From NCBI GenBank assembly GCA_025963775.1, contig JAOQAD010000012.1, positions 195,056-259,055 on the forward strand: DNA of 64,000 bases. The letters are read 5' to 3'. This document shows, piece by piece, positions 19,333 through 29,151 of the stretch. The stretch is from Bacteroidota bacterium. GTDB taxonomy: Bacteria > Bacteroidota > Bacteroidia > 2-12-FULL-35-15. Positions within the stretch are counted from its first letter, which is position 1. Every line of letters starts with the position of its first letter. The position numbers and the translations under genes are program-made. The notes beneath the pieces are model-generated. The model had not been told where the DNA came from, made no database searches, and was given only the letters and a program-made list of their open reading frames with translations.

Positions 19333-19340
19333 TATATTTG
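19333..19340 (+). promoter_or_regulatory. -7 promoter box (TAtaTTTG)
   Basis: Consensus match 31 nt before the ATG at 19371. Confidence 0.4.
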
Positions 19341-19370
19341 TAGACGAAAATTCAAGGATAAAAACGGATA

Positions 19371-20156
19371 ATGAAAAAACTACTCACATCATTAGCAGTT
19401 ATTACCGCCGCAACAGCCTCCTTTGCAGGAGTTATTGTTGTGGAAGGCAAATACCAGGACAAAAATCTTTACGTTCAGAACGGCTATGCCGGCAATGGCG
19501 TTGGTTTCTGCACCTACGAAGTCACCATCAATGGTAAAACCACCACGGATGAGGTCAATTCAAGCGCATTCGAAATTGATTTTGCAGCCTACCAGATCCA
19601 GCCGGGGACAGCTGTTGTTGTTGAGATCCGCCATAAGGACGATTGCAGCCCGAAAGTGCTGAACCCTGAAGCATTAAAACCTAAAGCTACTTTTGAAGTA
19701 ATAGACATCGCCATTGATAAGAACGGGCTTCTTTCCTGGAGCACAAAAAACGAAATGGGCTCTATTCCTTATATTGTTGAGCAATTCCGCTGGAACAAAT
19801 GGATTCCTGTCGGTGAAGTACAGGGCGGCGGCAAAATGGACAAGAACAACTACACCTTCCAGACCACAGCTCACTCAGGAGAAAACAAATTCCGCGTTAA
19901 ACAGGTGGGCTTCGGCGGTGTCGCAAAAAAATCCGTTGATGTAACGTTTATATCCACCATCGGGCAACCGACCTACACGATCTCAAAAGATAAATCCGAT
20001 ATCCAGTTCTCAGGCGAAACATTGTACGAAGTGTATGATGCCTATGGAAATGTTGTAAAGCGTGGCTTCGGCAACGACCTTAACATTACCACGCTGAGCA
20101 AAGGAAGCTATTACCTCTGCTATGACAATATCATGGCCGACTTCGCTAAGAGATAG
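19371..20156 (+). CDS. Secreted protein with probable T9SS-type C-terminal sorting domain
   Basis: Has a signal peptide. The C-terminal YEVYDAYGNVVKRGFGNDLNITTLSKGSYYL pattern resembles Por_Secre_tail domains. Confidence 0.45.
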   Translation: MKKLLTSLAVITAATASFAGVIVVEGKYQDKNLYVQNGYAGNGVGFCTYEVTINGKTTTDEVNSSAFEIDFAAYQIQPGTAVVVEIRHKDDCSPKVLNPEALKPKATFEVIDIAIDKNGLLSWSTKNEMGSIPYIVEQFRWNKWIPVGEVQGGGKMDKNNYTFQTTAHSGENKFRVKQVGFGGVAKKSVDVTFISTIGQPTYTISKDKSDIQFSGETLYEVYDAYGNVVKRGFGNDLNITTLSKGSYYLCYDNIMADFAKR

Positions 20157-20802
20157 TTTTCGCTTCTTCCACAACGGCATTCAGCTCGCTGATGATCATT
20201 GCGGTTGCGCCCCATACAGTTAAACCCTCTACTTCATAGTAGGGGGTTTTTAATTTGAAGCCGCTGCTGTGCGTGATCGTTTTTATTCCCTGGATCGACA
20301 TATCATTCAACAAGTCCAGGCTGATGGTGATCACCTTATTCACTTCCCTTGCATTCGGCAGAAATTCCGGGATCCGCTTCATATAGCCAACAAAAGGGCT
20401 TACTAAAAAATTGCTCGGGTTGATATACAGGTCCGTTAAGCGGCCAATGATCGTAACTTCATCGCTCATCACCCCGATCTCTTCAAAAGTTTCGCGCAAA
20501 GCGGTATTCACCAGCTCCACATCCTCCGGCTCAAACTTACCGCCGGGAAAGGCAACTTGTCCGCTGTGCACACCATCATACACCGGGCGCTCTATAAGTA
20601 CGGTCCGCACGGTATCATCCTGCGGGAACAGGAGGATTAGCACCGCGCTTTTCCTGGGATCGAGCGTATGCATGGGCAGGTCACGCATCCGCTCCCTGTG
20701 AAGCGGCGCCATCCGGAACTGCCGGTCTTCTCCGGGAAGGGTTTGCTGCAGGCGTTTACGGAGCCGCTCTATAAACTGGTCGAACATAAAAACTGAATTC
20801 AT
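20146..20802 (-). CDS. NUDIX hydrolase, CoA pyrophosphatase type
   Basis: Contains the Nudix box FPGGKFEPEDVELVNTALRETFEEIG and the upstream LLFPQDD...VLIERP pattern typical of CoA pyrophosphatases. Confidence 0.7.
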   Translation of the reverse strand: MNSVFMFDQFIERLRKRLQQTLPGEDRQFRMAPLHRERMRDLPMHTLDPRKSAVLILLFPQDDTVRTVLIERPVYDGVHSGQVAFPGGKFEPEDVELVNTALRETFEEIGVMSDEVTIIGRLTDLYINPSNFLVSPFVGYMKRIPEFLPNAREVNKVITISLDLLNDMSIQGIKTITHSSGFKLKTPYYEVEGLTVWGATAMIISELNAVVEEAKTIS

Positions 20803-20910
20803 CTTTTAAATTCCTGCAAATATCTTAAATAATCCGCATTCGGGCTATGGACGAAACTTTGAAACCCACTTGCCCGTAGTAAGACATTGAACCCTAAACT
20901 CAACGTCCCC

Positions 20911-21087
20911 ATGAAACCAGAACAACTACAAGAAATGGTTCAGTGGCTGAATCAGCAGATAGCACACATCAATCATGCGATCAACGAAGCCCACAATGAG
21001 TGTAATTACGGCAGGGAGTCTCAATACGAAGGAATGCGGGATGCTTTTATGAGATGCCTGAACAAGCTTAACACTTCTGTTGAATGA
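20911..21087 (+). CDS. Hypothetical small protein
   Basis: The ORF track lists a TTG start at 20887. The first ATG (MKPEQLQEM) is at 20911. No recognisable motif. Confidence 0.35.
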   Translation: MKPEQLQEMVQWLNQQIAHINHAINEAHNECNYGRESQYEGMRDAFMRCLNKLNTSVE

Positions 21088-21090
21088 ATG

Positions 21091-22107
21091 CTAACGCATC
21101 ACACTGATCTGTTGTCCAACCTTTAACCTTACCCTTCCACCGGTAAAGCCATTCATCTGCTTGATGGTAGCGGTGGTTGTTCCAAAGCGCTTGGCTATTT
21201 CAAAGATGGTATCTCCTTTTTCTATCGTGTAGAACCGGGCATCTTTCGGGTATGCAGCCAGTCCCCATTTGGTTTTCCGGATCACCAGCTCATTGCAGAG
21301 CAGCTTCTGGTCAGGGAACGAAATAAGGTATTTGGGATTGATGGGCACACCTTTGAAGCGCACTTCAAAATGCAGGTGGCTCCCGGTAGAATGCCCGGTG
21401 CTGCCTCCCAGGCCGATCACCTGCCCCGCCACTACCACCTGTCCCGGCTTCACTTTTATTTTTGAAAGATGTGCATACACTGTTTCAAGCCCATTGTAAT
21501 GCCTGATGATCACTACATTGCCAAAGCCTCCTCCATTCTTCGCGATCCGCACCATGCCGTCAAAAGCAGCAGATACCTTATCTCCCTTGTTCAGGTCAAT
21601 GTCGATGCCGTTGTGCTGCGTGCTGTCGCGCCAGCCGAAACTTGATGTCACAGGCCCGTTGAAGGGATGAAAATATTCTCCACGCTCTCCGCCATTCAGC
21701 GTAAGGCAAACGGAAGTGTCGCCCTTGAATTTAAGCATGTCCTTTTCAGGGAAGAGGTTGTTGATCTCCCAGCTTACGTAGAGGTCGGAAGCCGGAACAG
21801 TGCCGGCAGCATGCACTACAGGATTGTTACCTGATTCTTTGAATTTTGCTGAAGCGATCTCGATCTCTTTTGCAAGGTCGGTTGGAATAGTATCCATTTC
21901 CATCAGGAAATCGATGAGCGCATTGAGCTGCTCGCGGTTCATGCTCTGCACAAGGCTTTTAGGCAAAGTACCATCATGAGCGGAAACGGTGTCTTCAGGG
22001 AAGTAAACAAGCGCTTTTGCCTGCATCCGCGGGGACACAAAGCACAGCAGGAGCAAAAAGAAGATCGCACCTGCCTTTGAAAAAGCATGTTGTTGGATAC
22101 CGTTCAT
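21091..22107 (-). CDS. M23 family metallopeptidase with C-terminal LysM domain (paralogue of 15866..16774)
   Basis: Contains HNGIDI, GNVVIIRH and GHSTGSHLHFEV, plus a YTIEKGDTIFEIAKRFG LysM. The start is moved to MNGIQQHAF, which precedes the signal peptide. Confidence 0.85.
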   Translation of the reverse strand: MNGIQQHAFSKAGAIFFLLLLCFVSPRMQAKALVYFPEDTVSAHDGTLPKSLVQSMNREQLNALIDFLMEMDTIPTDLAKEIEIASAKFKESGNNPVVHAAGTVPASDLYVSWEINNLFPEKDMLKFKGDTSVCLTLNGGERGEYFHPFNGPVTSSFGWRDSTQHNGIDIDLNKGDKVSAAFDGMVRIAKNGGGFGNVVIIRHYNGLETVYAHLSKIKVKPGQVVVAGQVIGLGGSTGHSTGSHLHFEVRFKGVPINPKYLISFPDQKLLCNELVIRKTKWGLAAYPKDARFYTIEKGDTIFEIAKRFGTTTATIKQMNGFTGGRVRLKVGQQISVMR

Positions 22108-22225
22108 GAAGAGCCTTGATTTTTTAAGGAACGCTAATTTATCAATTAAAACGTGGAAAAGCAAACGGACATTACGTTTTATCGCAATGTCCGTTCATTT
22201 TTTTCCGTTGCCGGAAAGCAAATTC

Positions 22226-23428
22226 TTATTTAATGGTACGGCCGGGATAGACCTTCAATGCCTGTTCGAGGCAGTCCATGGCATTTTTCAGCGCATCCCT
22301 GTTCAACACATACGCAAGCCGCACTTCGTTGATGCCTGATCCGGGAGTTGAATAAAAGCCTGTAGCAGGCGCCAGCATTACTGTTTCGCCATTGTGCTCA
22401 AATGATTCGAGCAGCCACTGGCAGAATTTATCCGCATTGTCGATCGGCAGGCGTGCGATGCAATAGAAGGCCCCGCTTGGTTTTGGACAGAACACGCCTT
22501 CCATTTTGTTCAGTGATTCGATCAGGAAATCCCTTCTCGCTACATATTCCTTCTGCACTTTTTCAAAATATTCTTTCGGCGTATCGAGCGCAGCCTCCGC
22601 TCCGATCTGCCCGAATGTAGGCGGACTCAGCCTTGCCTGCGCAAACTTCATCGCTGCAGCCATTACTTCCTTATTGCGTGAGATCATCGCGCCGATACGC
22701 GCACCGCAGGCGCTGTAACGCTTGGAAATAGAATCCAGCAACACGGTGTTGTTTTCGATGCCTTCCAGGTGCATTACGGAAACATATTCTTTGCCGTCGT
22801 AGCAGAATTCACGGTACACTTCATCGCTTAATAAAAAGAGGTCGTATTTCAGGACCAGCTGCTTCAATGATTCAAGCTCTTCGCGGGAGTATAAATATCC
22901 TGTAGGGTTACCGGGATTACAGATCATGATCCCTTTTGTTTTCGGGGTGATCTGCCTTTCAAATTCTGAAACAGGCGGCAGTGCAAAGCCTGTTTCAATG
23001 TATGATTTAACGGGCTTTACCACCACATCGGCTGCACAGGAAAAGCCATTGTAATTTGCGTAAAAAGGCTCAGGGATAATGATCTCATCGCCGGGATTAA
23101 AGCAGGTCATCATCGCGATCTCGATCGCTTCCGATCCGCCGGTGGTGATGATGATATCATTGAGGTCGATGTTGATATTGAAAGAACCGTAATACCCGGC
23201 AAGTTTTCTCCGGTAAGATTCAATGCCTGCCGAATGTGAATACTCCAGGATCTTAATATCCGTATTTTTCACAGCATTCATCATCACTTCCGGGGTTTCA
23301 ATGTCCGGCTGCCCGATGTTCAGGTGATATATTTTTCTTCCTTTCTTTTTTGCGGCTTCAGCAAAAGGAACCAGCTTTCGGATCGGTGATGCGGGCATGT
23401 GTTCGCCCTTTAAAGATACTTTTGGCAT
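22226..23428 (-). CDS. Pyridoxal-phosphate-dependent aminotransferase (class I, aspartate aminotransferase-like)
   Basis: 400 aa. Contains SISKRYSACGARIG (PLP lysine region), NPGNPTG and the overall class I/II aminotransferase layout. Confidence 0.85.
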   Translation of the reverse strand: MPKVSLKGEHMPASPIRKLVPFAEAAKKKGRKIYHLNIGQPDIETPEVMMNAVKNTDIKILEYSHSAGIESYRRKLAGYYGSFNINIDLNDIIITTGGSEAIEIAMMTCFNPGDEIIIPEPFYANYNGFSCAADVVVKPVKSYIETGFALPPVSEFERQITPKTKGIMICNPGNPTGYLYSREELESLKQLVLKYDLFLLSDEVYREFCYDGKEYVSVMHLEGIENNTVLLDSISKRYSACGARIGAMISRNKEVMAAAMKFAQARLSPPTFGQIGAEAALDTPKEYFEKVQKEYVARRDFLIESLNKMEGVFCPKPSGAFYCIARLPIDNADKFCQWLLESFEHNGETVMLAPATGFYSTPGSGINEVRLAYVLNRDALKNAMDCLEQALKVYPGRTIK

Positions 23429-23506
23429 TGATGTTTTTTTTGTGTGGCTGCAAAGTTAGAAAAAATTTACCACGGGAAGCGGACAATACAAAAGGATCAG
23501 TTTGCC

Positions 23507-23947
23507 CTATTTTGGAACGGGTGGCGCAACGATAACTGAATCAATTTGCACCGGCGGCAGCACTCTTCCTTTTACTTTTATCACAATGCTTGGCTCGCTT
23601 GCATTGGAAGTAATGGTGAGCGTTTTCTCAAAAGCACCTACACGTCCTGTATCGTAACGCACCCTGATCACAGCACTCGCTCCCGGCTTGATCGGCTCTT
23701 TCGGATAGGAAGGAACAATACAGCCACAGCTTCCGACAACATTGCTGATGATCAAAGGCTCCTTGCCTGTGTTTGTAAATTTGAACTCGCAATTGCCGTT
23801 ACCGGAATGCGGAAGCGTGCCATAATCATACACCCGCGACTGGAAGGTCATCACCGGGGCATTGGGATTAACAGGTGGAGCCTGGGCCAGGATGCTGCCT
23901 GCAAAAAGGCATAGCAATCCCATGGCAATAAAAATTGCTCTTTTCAT
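23507..23947 (-). CDS. DUF1573 domain protein (paralogue 1 of 3)
   Basis: Has a signal peptide, the FKFTNTGKEPLIISNVVGSCGCIVP motif and GAFEKTLTITSNA. Confidence 0.8.
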   Translation of the reverse strand: MKRAIFIAMGLLCLFAGSILAQAPPVNPNAPVMTFQSRVYDYGTLPHSGNGNCEFKFTNTGKEPLIISNVVGSCGCIVPSYPKEPIKPGASAVIRVRYDTGRVGAFEKTLTITSNASEPSIVIKVKGRVLPPVQIDSVIVAPPVPK

Positions 23948-24010
23948 GATGGAAGATTAAGAGTTAAAGAAATGGTTATGAATTCCCTGCCTGCGAGCCA
24001 ATGGCTTTAT

Positions 24011-24155
24011 GAGATCCCGCATGCCTGCGGGATAAACAAGACTATAATTTCATTGCTTCGCATGAAATACAACAGCGATCTTTCTGAGATCCCGCATGCC
24101 TGCGGGATAAACAAGACTATAATTTCATTGCTTCGCATGAAATTGAAGTCTTGTT
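24011..24155. repeat. Tandem duplication (period 75 bp) of a nested-hairpin element
   Basis: 58 bp are identical at 24011-24068 and 24086-24143 (gagatcccgcatgcctgcgggataaacaagactataatttcattgcttcgcatgaaat). Only the second copy is closed by agtcttgtt, which pairs with aacaagact. Confidence 0.85.
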
Positions 24156-24164
24156 AAAAACAAA

Positions 24165-24203
24165 AAATCCCTTCGAAATTTTAAATAAATAACGAAGGGA
24201 TTT
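24165..24203 (-). terminator. Terminator after DUF1573 paralogue 2
   Basis: aaatcccttcg / cgaagggattt is an 11-bp stem with a T-run on the minus strand. Confidence 0.5.
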
Positions 24204-24230
24204 TTCAGATACTGGTATTCACAAAAACAA

Positions 24231-24686
24231 TTAGTGTTTCTCAGCAGGAGGAGTTGTTCCGTCAGCAGGAGCCGGAGTTGGATCTGGCTTCACAACACCT
24301 TTAATTTTGATCACTTTTGAAGGGGTGTCAGCATTGGAAGTGATGGTGATCGTTTTTTCGAATGCACCGATACGGTCAGTTGCATAATGAACTTTGATCA
24401 CAGCGCTTGCGCCTGGTTTGATCGGCTCTTTCGGAGCTGTAGGAACTGTACATCCGCAAGAACCTACGGTACTTGAAATAATCAATGGCTCCTTACCAAC
24501 GTTCGTAAATTTGAATTCACGGTTTCCATCTGCATTGTGCTCGATAGTTCCGTAATCAATTACTTCTGTTTCGAATTTGAACTTAGGAGCATTTGGGTTT
24601 ACCGGGTTTGGAGTTGCGGTTTCCTGTGCATTCGCACCGATCGCAACACAAACAAATAATCCGATTGATAAGATTGCTTTTTTCAT
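24231..24686 (-). CDS. DUF1573 domain protein (paralogue 2 of 3)
   Basis: Same FKFTNVGKEPLIISSTVGSCGCTVP motif, with a Pro/Thr-rich tail. Confidence 0.8.
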   Translation of the reverse strand: MKKAILSIGLFVCVAIGANAQETATPNPVNPNAPKFKFETEVIDYGTIEHNADGNREFKFTNVGKEPLIISSTVGSCGCTVPTAPKEPIKPGASAVIKVHYATDRIGAFEKTITITSNADTPSKVIKIKGVVKPDPTPAPADGTTPPAEKH

Positions 24687-24729
24687 TTGGTTTGGATTTG
24701 GGTTTAGTTGATATATTTAGTTGATTGAA

Positions 24730-25215
24730 TTAATGTTTTTCAAACGGTGTTGCACCGTCATCTTTTTTTCCGTTTGCCGGGAAAGCTTCTTCAGTAGGTG
24801 CCGGATCCACATGTCCTTTGATCGTCAGGATCTTATCTCCTGTTTTCGCATTGGAATGAATGGTCACCGTTTTTGTAAAATTGCCTGCACGCTTTGTATC
24901 ATACGTTACTTTGATCACCTGCGATTCGCCCGGCTTGATCGGGATGTTCTTCGGATAAGTAGGAACGGTGCAACCGCATGAGCCTTTTGCATCACTGATG
25001 ATCAGCGGCTCTTTTCCGGTATTCTTGAATTTGAACTCATAAGTGCCGTTGCCTGCGTATTCGATGCTGCCGAAATCGTGGATATCGGTTTCAAAGGTCA
25101 TTTCAGCCTGGCTTACAGGAGCTGTTGTTGCTGCTGCAGGAGCTGTTGTAGTTGTCTGAGCGTTTACAAAGATTGCCGCCGTAAAAATGCCGAATGTGAG
25201 TAATGCTTTTTTCAT
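24730..25215 (-). CDS. DUF1573 domain protein (paralogue 3 of 3)
   Basis: Contains FKFKNTGKEPLIISDAKGSCGCTVP. Confidence 0.8.
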   Translation of the reverse strand: MKKALLTFGIFTAAIFVNAQTTTTAPAAATTAPVSQAEMTFETDIHDFGSIEYAGNGTYEFKFKNTGKEPLIISDAKGSCGCTVPTYPKNIPIKPGESQVIKVTYDTKRAGNFTKTVTIHSNAKTGDKILTIKGHVDPAPTEEAFPANGKKDDGATPFEKH

Positions 25216-25400
25216 GTCTGGAATTTAATCTGTTAGGGTTAAATTTTCCCGGTTCAAAATCAGCCAAAACCGTGCCATATTCAGAAAACCGGGGATTTTA
25301 ATTTATGTGTATGTTTAATTCTTAAAATCCTGATTTAAATTCATCGGGGGGAACCTCCATAATTGCAGGCATTTTAGCCCTTTAATTGCGAAAAAATATG

Positions 25401-25408
25401 TAGGTTTG
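25401..25408 (+). promoter_or_regulatory. -7 promoter box (TAggTTTG) upstream of valS
   Basis: Consensus match 37 nt before the ATG at 25445. Confidence 0.4.
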
Positions 25409-25444
25409 TGCCTCCGAAAAAGTAAACGAAGTAAGTAAATTATT

Positions 25445-28078
25445 ATGGAAATTCCTAAAACCTACGATCCGAAAATTACCGAGGACAAATGGTACAGCTA
25501 CTGGCTACAGCATAAATTCTTTAAATCGGTTCCGGACAACCGCGAACCTTATACAATTGTGATTCCCCCACCAAATGTTACCGGCGTGCTGCACATGGGC
25601 CACATGCTGAACAATACCATACAGGACGTACTGATCCGCAGGGCAAGGATGCAGGGCAAAAATGCCTGCTGGGTACCGGGTACCGACCATGCTTCTATTG
25701 CTACAGAAGCCAAGGTTGTGGCTTTGCTGAAGGAAAAAGGCATCAGCAAGACCGACCTTTCCCGCGAGGACTTTTTAAAGCATGCCTGGGAATGGAAGGA
25801 AAAATATGGCGGGATCATCCTGAAGCAATTGGAAAAGCTGGGCGCATCCTGCGACTGGGACCGCACCCGCTTCACCATGGAAGAAGACCTGAGTGAAGCT
25901 GTAATTGATGTTTTTATTGACTTATATAAAAAAGGACAGATCTACCGCGGTGTGCGGATGGTGAACTGGGATCCGCAGGGATTGACGGCCGTTTCGGATG
26001 AAGAGGTTCAGCATAAGGAAGTGAATTCCAAATTATACTATGTAAAATACAAGATCGAAGGCAGCGCGGATGAATGGATCACCATTGCCACCACCCGCCC
26101 GGAAACGATCCTTGGTGACACTGCCGTGTGTGTGCACCCCGATGACGAGCGCTACAGGCACCTGCATGGAAAGCGCTGCATCATCCCGATGGTGAACCGC
26201 AGCGTTCCGATCATTACAGACGATTACATCACAATGGAATTCGGTACCGGTGCGCTGAAAGTAACTCCGGCGCACGATATCAATGACTACAACCTCGGCG
26301 TAAAGCACAAGCTGGAAGTGATCGACACCATCGCTGCTGATGGTAAAATGAGCGAAGCCGCAAAATTCTATGTGGGCGAAGACCGCTTCACGGTAAGAAA
26401 GAAGATCGCGAAAGACCTTGAAGAGATGGGACAGATCGTGAAGGTGGAAGACATTAAAAACAAAGTCGGCTACAGCGAGCGCACCAACGCGGTGATCGAA
26501 CCGAAGCTCTCCATGCAGTGGTTTTTGAAAATGGATAAAATTTCAAAACCCGCTTTGGAAAATGTACTGAACGGAGAAGTGAAGCTCATCCCTGAAAAGT
26601 ATGTGAATACCTACAAGCACTGGATGGAGAATGTACACGACTGGTGCATCAGCCGCCAGCTCTGGTGGGGACAACGCATCCCGGCATGGTACGATAACAA
26701 AGGCAATACAGTAGTTTGCAAAACGAAGGAAGAAGCCATCCAAAAGTTAAAAGGGATAAATTCAGAAGTCAAAAGTGAAGATATCCGCCAGGACGAAGAC
26801 GTGCTCGACACCTGGTTCTCTTCCTGGCTCTGGCCGATCAGCGTATTCGATGGATTCAAGAACCCGGAAGGAAAAGACATCAATTATTATTACCCTACGA
26901 ATGACCTTGTAACCGGGCCAGACATCTTATTTTTCTGGATCGCGCGGATGATCATTGCAGGCTATGAATACAAAGGACAAAAGCCTTTTTCGAATGTGTA
27001 CCTCACAGGTATTGTCCGCGATAAGCTTGGGCGCAAAATGAGCAAGCAGCTTGGCAATTCGCCCGACCCGATCGAGCTGATCGAGAAGTACGGCGCTGAC
27101 GGTGTACGTGTAGGAATGTTATTGTGTGCCCCTGCAGGAAATGACCTTTTATTTGACGAAAGCTATACGGAACAGGGCAGGAATTTTTCCAACAAGATCT
27201 GGAACGCATTCCGTTTGATCAATGGCTGGGAAACGGCTGATGTAAAGCAAGTGCCGGCAAATAAAACCGCGATCCAATGGTTTGAAGCGAAATTCAACGA
27301 GCAGCTGGAGATCATCAACGACCTTTATTCCAAATACAGGATGAGCGAGGCGTTGATGGCCACTTACAAGCTGGTATGGGACGATTTCTGTGCCTGGTAC
27401 CTCGAGATGATCAAGCCGGAATTTGTGGATGGCAAGTCGCTGCCGATCGACCAGGAAACGTATGATGCAACGATCATTTTCTTTGAAAAGATTTTAAAAG
27501 TGCTGCATCCCTTCATGCCATTTATCACGGAAGAGATCTGGCACCTGATCGGGGAGCGTGCTGAAAAAGATTGCATCATTGTGGCTGAATGGCCTAACAC
27601 CAGCGGAAAAACGGATGAGATCGTTAAGCATTTTGATGTAGTGATGGAAGTGATCACCAACATCCGGAACATCCGCAAGCAGAAGAACATTTCTCCGAAA
27701 GAGAAGCTGCAGGTGTTTGAAAAAGTGAACCAGGGAGAAGTGATCAGCACATACGATGAGATCATTATCAAGCTCTGTAACCTGAGCAGCTTTGAGTATG
27801 TGACCAGTAATGTTGACAATGCATTCTCCTTCGTATTGAAGCATGCGGAATTCTTTGTTCCGCTTTCGCAGAACATGGATGTGGAAGCTGAAAAAGAAAG
27901 GCTTTCAAAAGACCTTGAATACAATAAAGGCTTCCTGAAATCCGTTGAAATAAAGCTTGCCAACGAGAAATTTGTTGCGAATGCAAAGCCTGAGCTGATC
28001 GAAAATGAACGTAAAAAACAGTCGGATGCGATGGCGAAGATCAAGGCGATCGAAGAGCAGCTGGCAGGATTAAAATAA
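25445..28078 (+). CDS. valS: Valine--tRNA ligase
   Basis: 877 aa. Contains PPPNVTGVLHMGH (HIGH), KMSKQLGN (KMSKS) and a C-terminal coiled coil. Confidence 0.97.
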   Translation: MEIPKTYDPKITEDKWYSYWLQHKFFKSVPDNREPYTIVIPPPNVTGVLHMGHMLNNTIQDVLIRRARMQGKNACWVPGTDHASIATEAKVVALLKEKGISKTDLSREDFLKHAWEWKEKYGGIILKQLEKLGASCDWDRTRFTMEEDLSEAVIDVFIDLYKKGQIYRGVRMVNWDPQGLTAVSDEEVQHKEVNSKLYYVKYKIEGSADEWITIATTRPETILGDTAVCVHPDDERYRHLHGKRCIIPMVNRSVPIITDDYITMEFGTGALKVTPAHDINDYNLGVKHKLEVIDTIAADGKMSEAAKFYVGEDRFTVRKKIAKDLEEMGQIVKVEDIKNKVGYSERTNAVIEPKLSMQWFLKMDKISKPALENVLNGEVKLIPEKYVNTYKHWMENVHDWCISRQLWWGQRIPAWYDNKGNTVVCKTKEEAIQKLKGINSEVKSEDIRQDEDVLDTWFSSWLWPISVFDGFKNPEGKDINYYYPTNDLVTGPDILFFWIARMIIAGYEYKGQKPFSNVYLTGIVRDKLGRKMSKQLGNSPDPIELIEKYGADGVRVGMLLCAPAGNDLLFDESYTEQGRNFSNKIWNAFRLINGWETADVKQVPANKTAIQWFEAKFNEQLEIINDLYSKYRMSEALMATYKLVWDDFCAWYLEMIKPEFVDGKSLPIDQETYDATIIFFEKILKVLHPFMPFITEEIWHLIGERAEKDCIIVAEWPNTSGKTDEIVKHFDVVMEVITNIRNIRKQKNISPKEKLQVFEKVNQGEVISTYDEIIIKLCNLSSFEYVTSNVDNAFSFVLKHAEFFVPLSQNMDVEAEKERLSKDLEYNKGFLKSVEIKLANEKFVANAKPELIENERKKQSDAMAKIKAIEEQLAGLK

Positions 28079-28081
28079 ACA

Positions 28082-28112
28082 CTCACCCCAACCCCTTTCC
28101 AAAAGAGAGGGA
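28082..28112. repeat. CACCCC-hairpin repeat (copy E2)
   Basis: ctcaccccaacccctttccaaaagagaggga is near-identical to 525-557. Confidence 0.65.
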
Positions 28113-28128
28113 TAAAAAATGTAATACT

Positions 28129-28407
28129 ATGGCAAACAGAAGAGAATTAAAAAGGAACATCAACGGCCTGCTCGGCGATGTAATTGAAGAATGTTATGAG
28201 TCCCTGCTGAACAACGAAGGCAAGAATGAAAAGGAAGTGGAAGCGATCGTTGATGAAGCGGTTGACCTGGCGGATGACCTGATCACAAGGGCAAATGCCG
28301 CGAAGAAGCTCAAGTCGGGAAAAGAAATGCAAAAGCACTTTTCAGACATTAAAGAAGAGCTTGGTGATAAAGTGATCAGCTTCATTGAAAAGCTGAATGC
28401 ATTGTAA
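28129..28407 (+). CDS. Hypothetical helical protein
   Basis: 92-aa charged, helix-prone ORF with no motif recognised. Confidence 0.45.
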   Translation: MANRRELKRNINGLLGDVIEECYESLLNNEGKNEKEVEAIVDEAVDLADDLITRANAAKKLKSGKEMQKHFSDIKEELGDKVISFIEKLNAL

Positions 28408-28497
28408 AATAAAAGGCTGTCAGAAATGATGGCCTTTTTCTTTGCCACAGATTTGAGGATTTTGAGGATTAAAATTTCACAAAATTATTACCTGTCT

Positions 28498-29151
28498 ATG
28501 TTCTCCTATTGCAAAATTTTTAAGCTGGTCTCATCGGCCTGCTCTATCTTAATGGGCTGCTCTGTCTTTATTTGCTGTTCTTCGGGGCCGGCAGAGAAAA
28601 AAATCACTGAAGCTGAAAAGAAAGATCCGGTTGCCGTTATTGAAAAGCCAACTGAAATTATCCCGGTTACGCCCAAACCTTTCTTTGATGTAGCCTTTTT
28701 TGCAAAGCAGGCGGATTCGCTGATCAGCTTTGCAACCGGGCAGAAGCTTCATTTCGAATACAAGGTTCAACGATTAGATATCAAACATAATCCAGACCTG
28801 TTCACTTCTGAAAAGGACACTGTGAAAATGTATTCCTTTGACGCAGGAAAAGGAAACCGCATTTATAATTTTCGCATCAGGGAAGGAAATTATACTTCAG
28901 AAGCTGAAGCACTCAAAGCGCTGAATGCATTAAGAACAGCTGCACATAACAGTCCGGCGGGGCTCACCTACACCAACGATAATGTATTTGCACTTGAAAA
29001 TAAAGTGATCTGGCTGAACACAGGCTGCTCGTATGCTTATGGCAACCACATTAAGATGAAAAATATCCTGCTGCGTACGCTGCAGTATTCAACCATCACC
29101 GATTCCATTGTTTGCCGTTGCGGGGGAGATTGCAATCAAATTCAGCAGTAG
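28498..29151 (+). CDS. Hypothetical lipoprotein
   Basis: The start is moved to MFSYCKIFKLVSSACSILMGCSVFICCSS (signal/lipobox-like). The listed ORF starts at 28426. Confidence 0.5.
   Translation: MFSYCKIFKLVSSACSILMGCSVFICCSSGPAEKKITEAEKKDPVAVIEKPTEIIPVTPKPFFDVAFFAKQADSLISFATGQKLHFEYKVQRLDIKHNPDLFTSEKDTVKMYSFDAGKGNRIYNFRIREGNYTSEAEALKALNALRTAAHNSPAGLTYTNDNVFALENKVIWLNTGCSYAYGNHIKMKNILLRTLQYSTITDSIVCRCGGDCNQIQQ

Noticed and set aside
23972-24157. A direct repeat that might be a mini-CRISPR array, and the 61-aa ORF spanning it.
   Set aside because: There are only two copies, the intervening 17 bp is too short for a spacer, and the unit contains nested hairpins of the dispersed repeat family. 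No cas genes are present, and the ORF is simply the repeat translated twice.
27364-28086. A 240-aa minus-strand ORF inside valS, along with several other long antisense ORFs in valS, icmF (33279..33809, 33966..34625), the esterase (1457..2335), the DUF2807 gene (5864..6604) and dinB (47839..48297).
   Set aside because: All lie fully inside well-supported genes on the other strand and have low-complexity or Ser/Cys/Arg-rich translations. They are typical antisense open frames.
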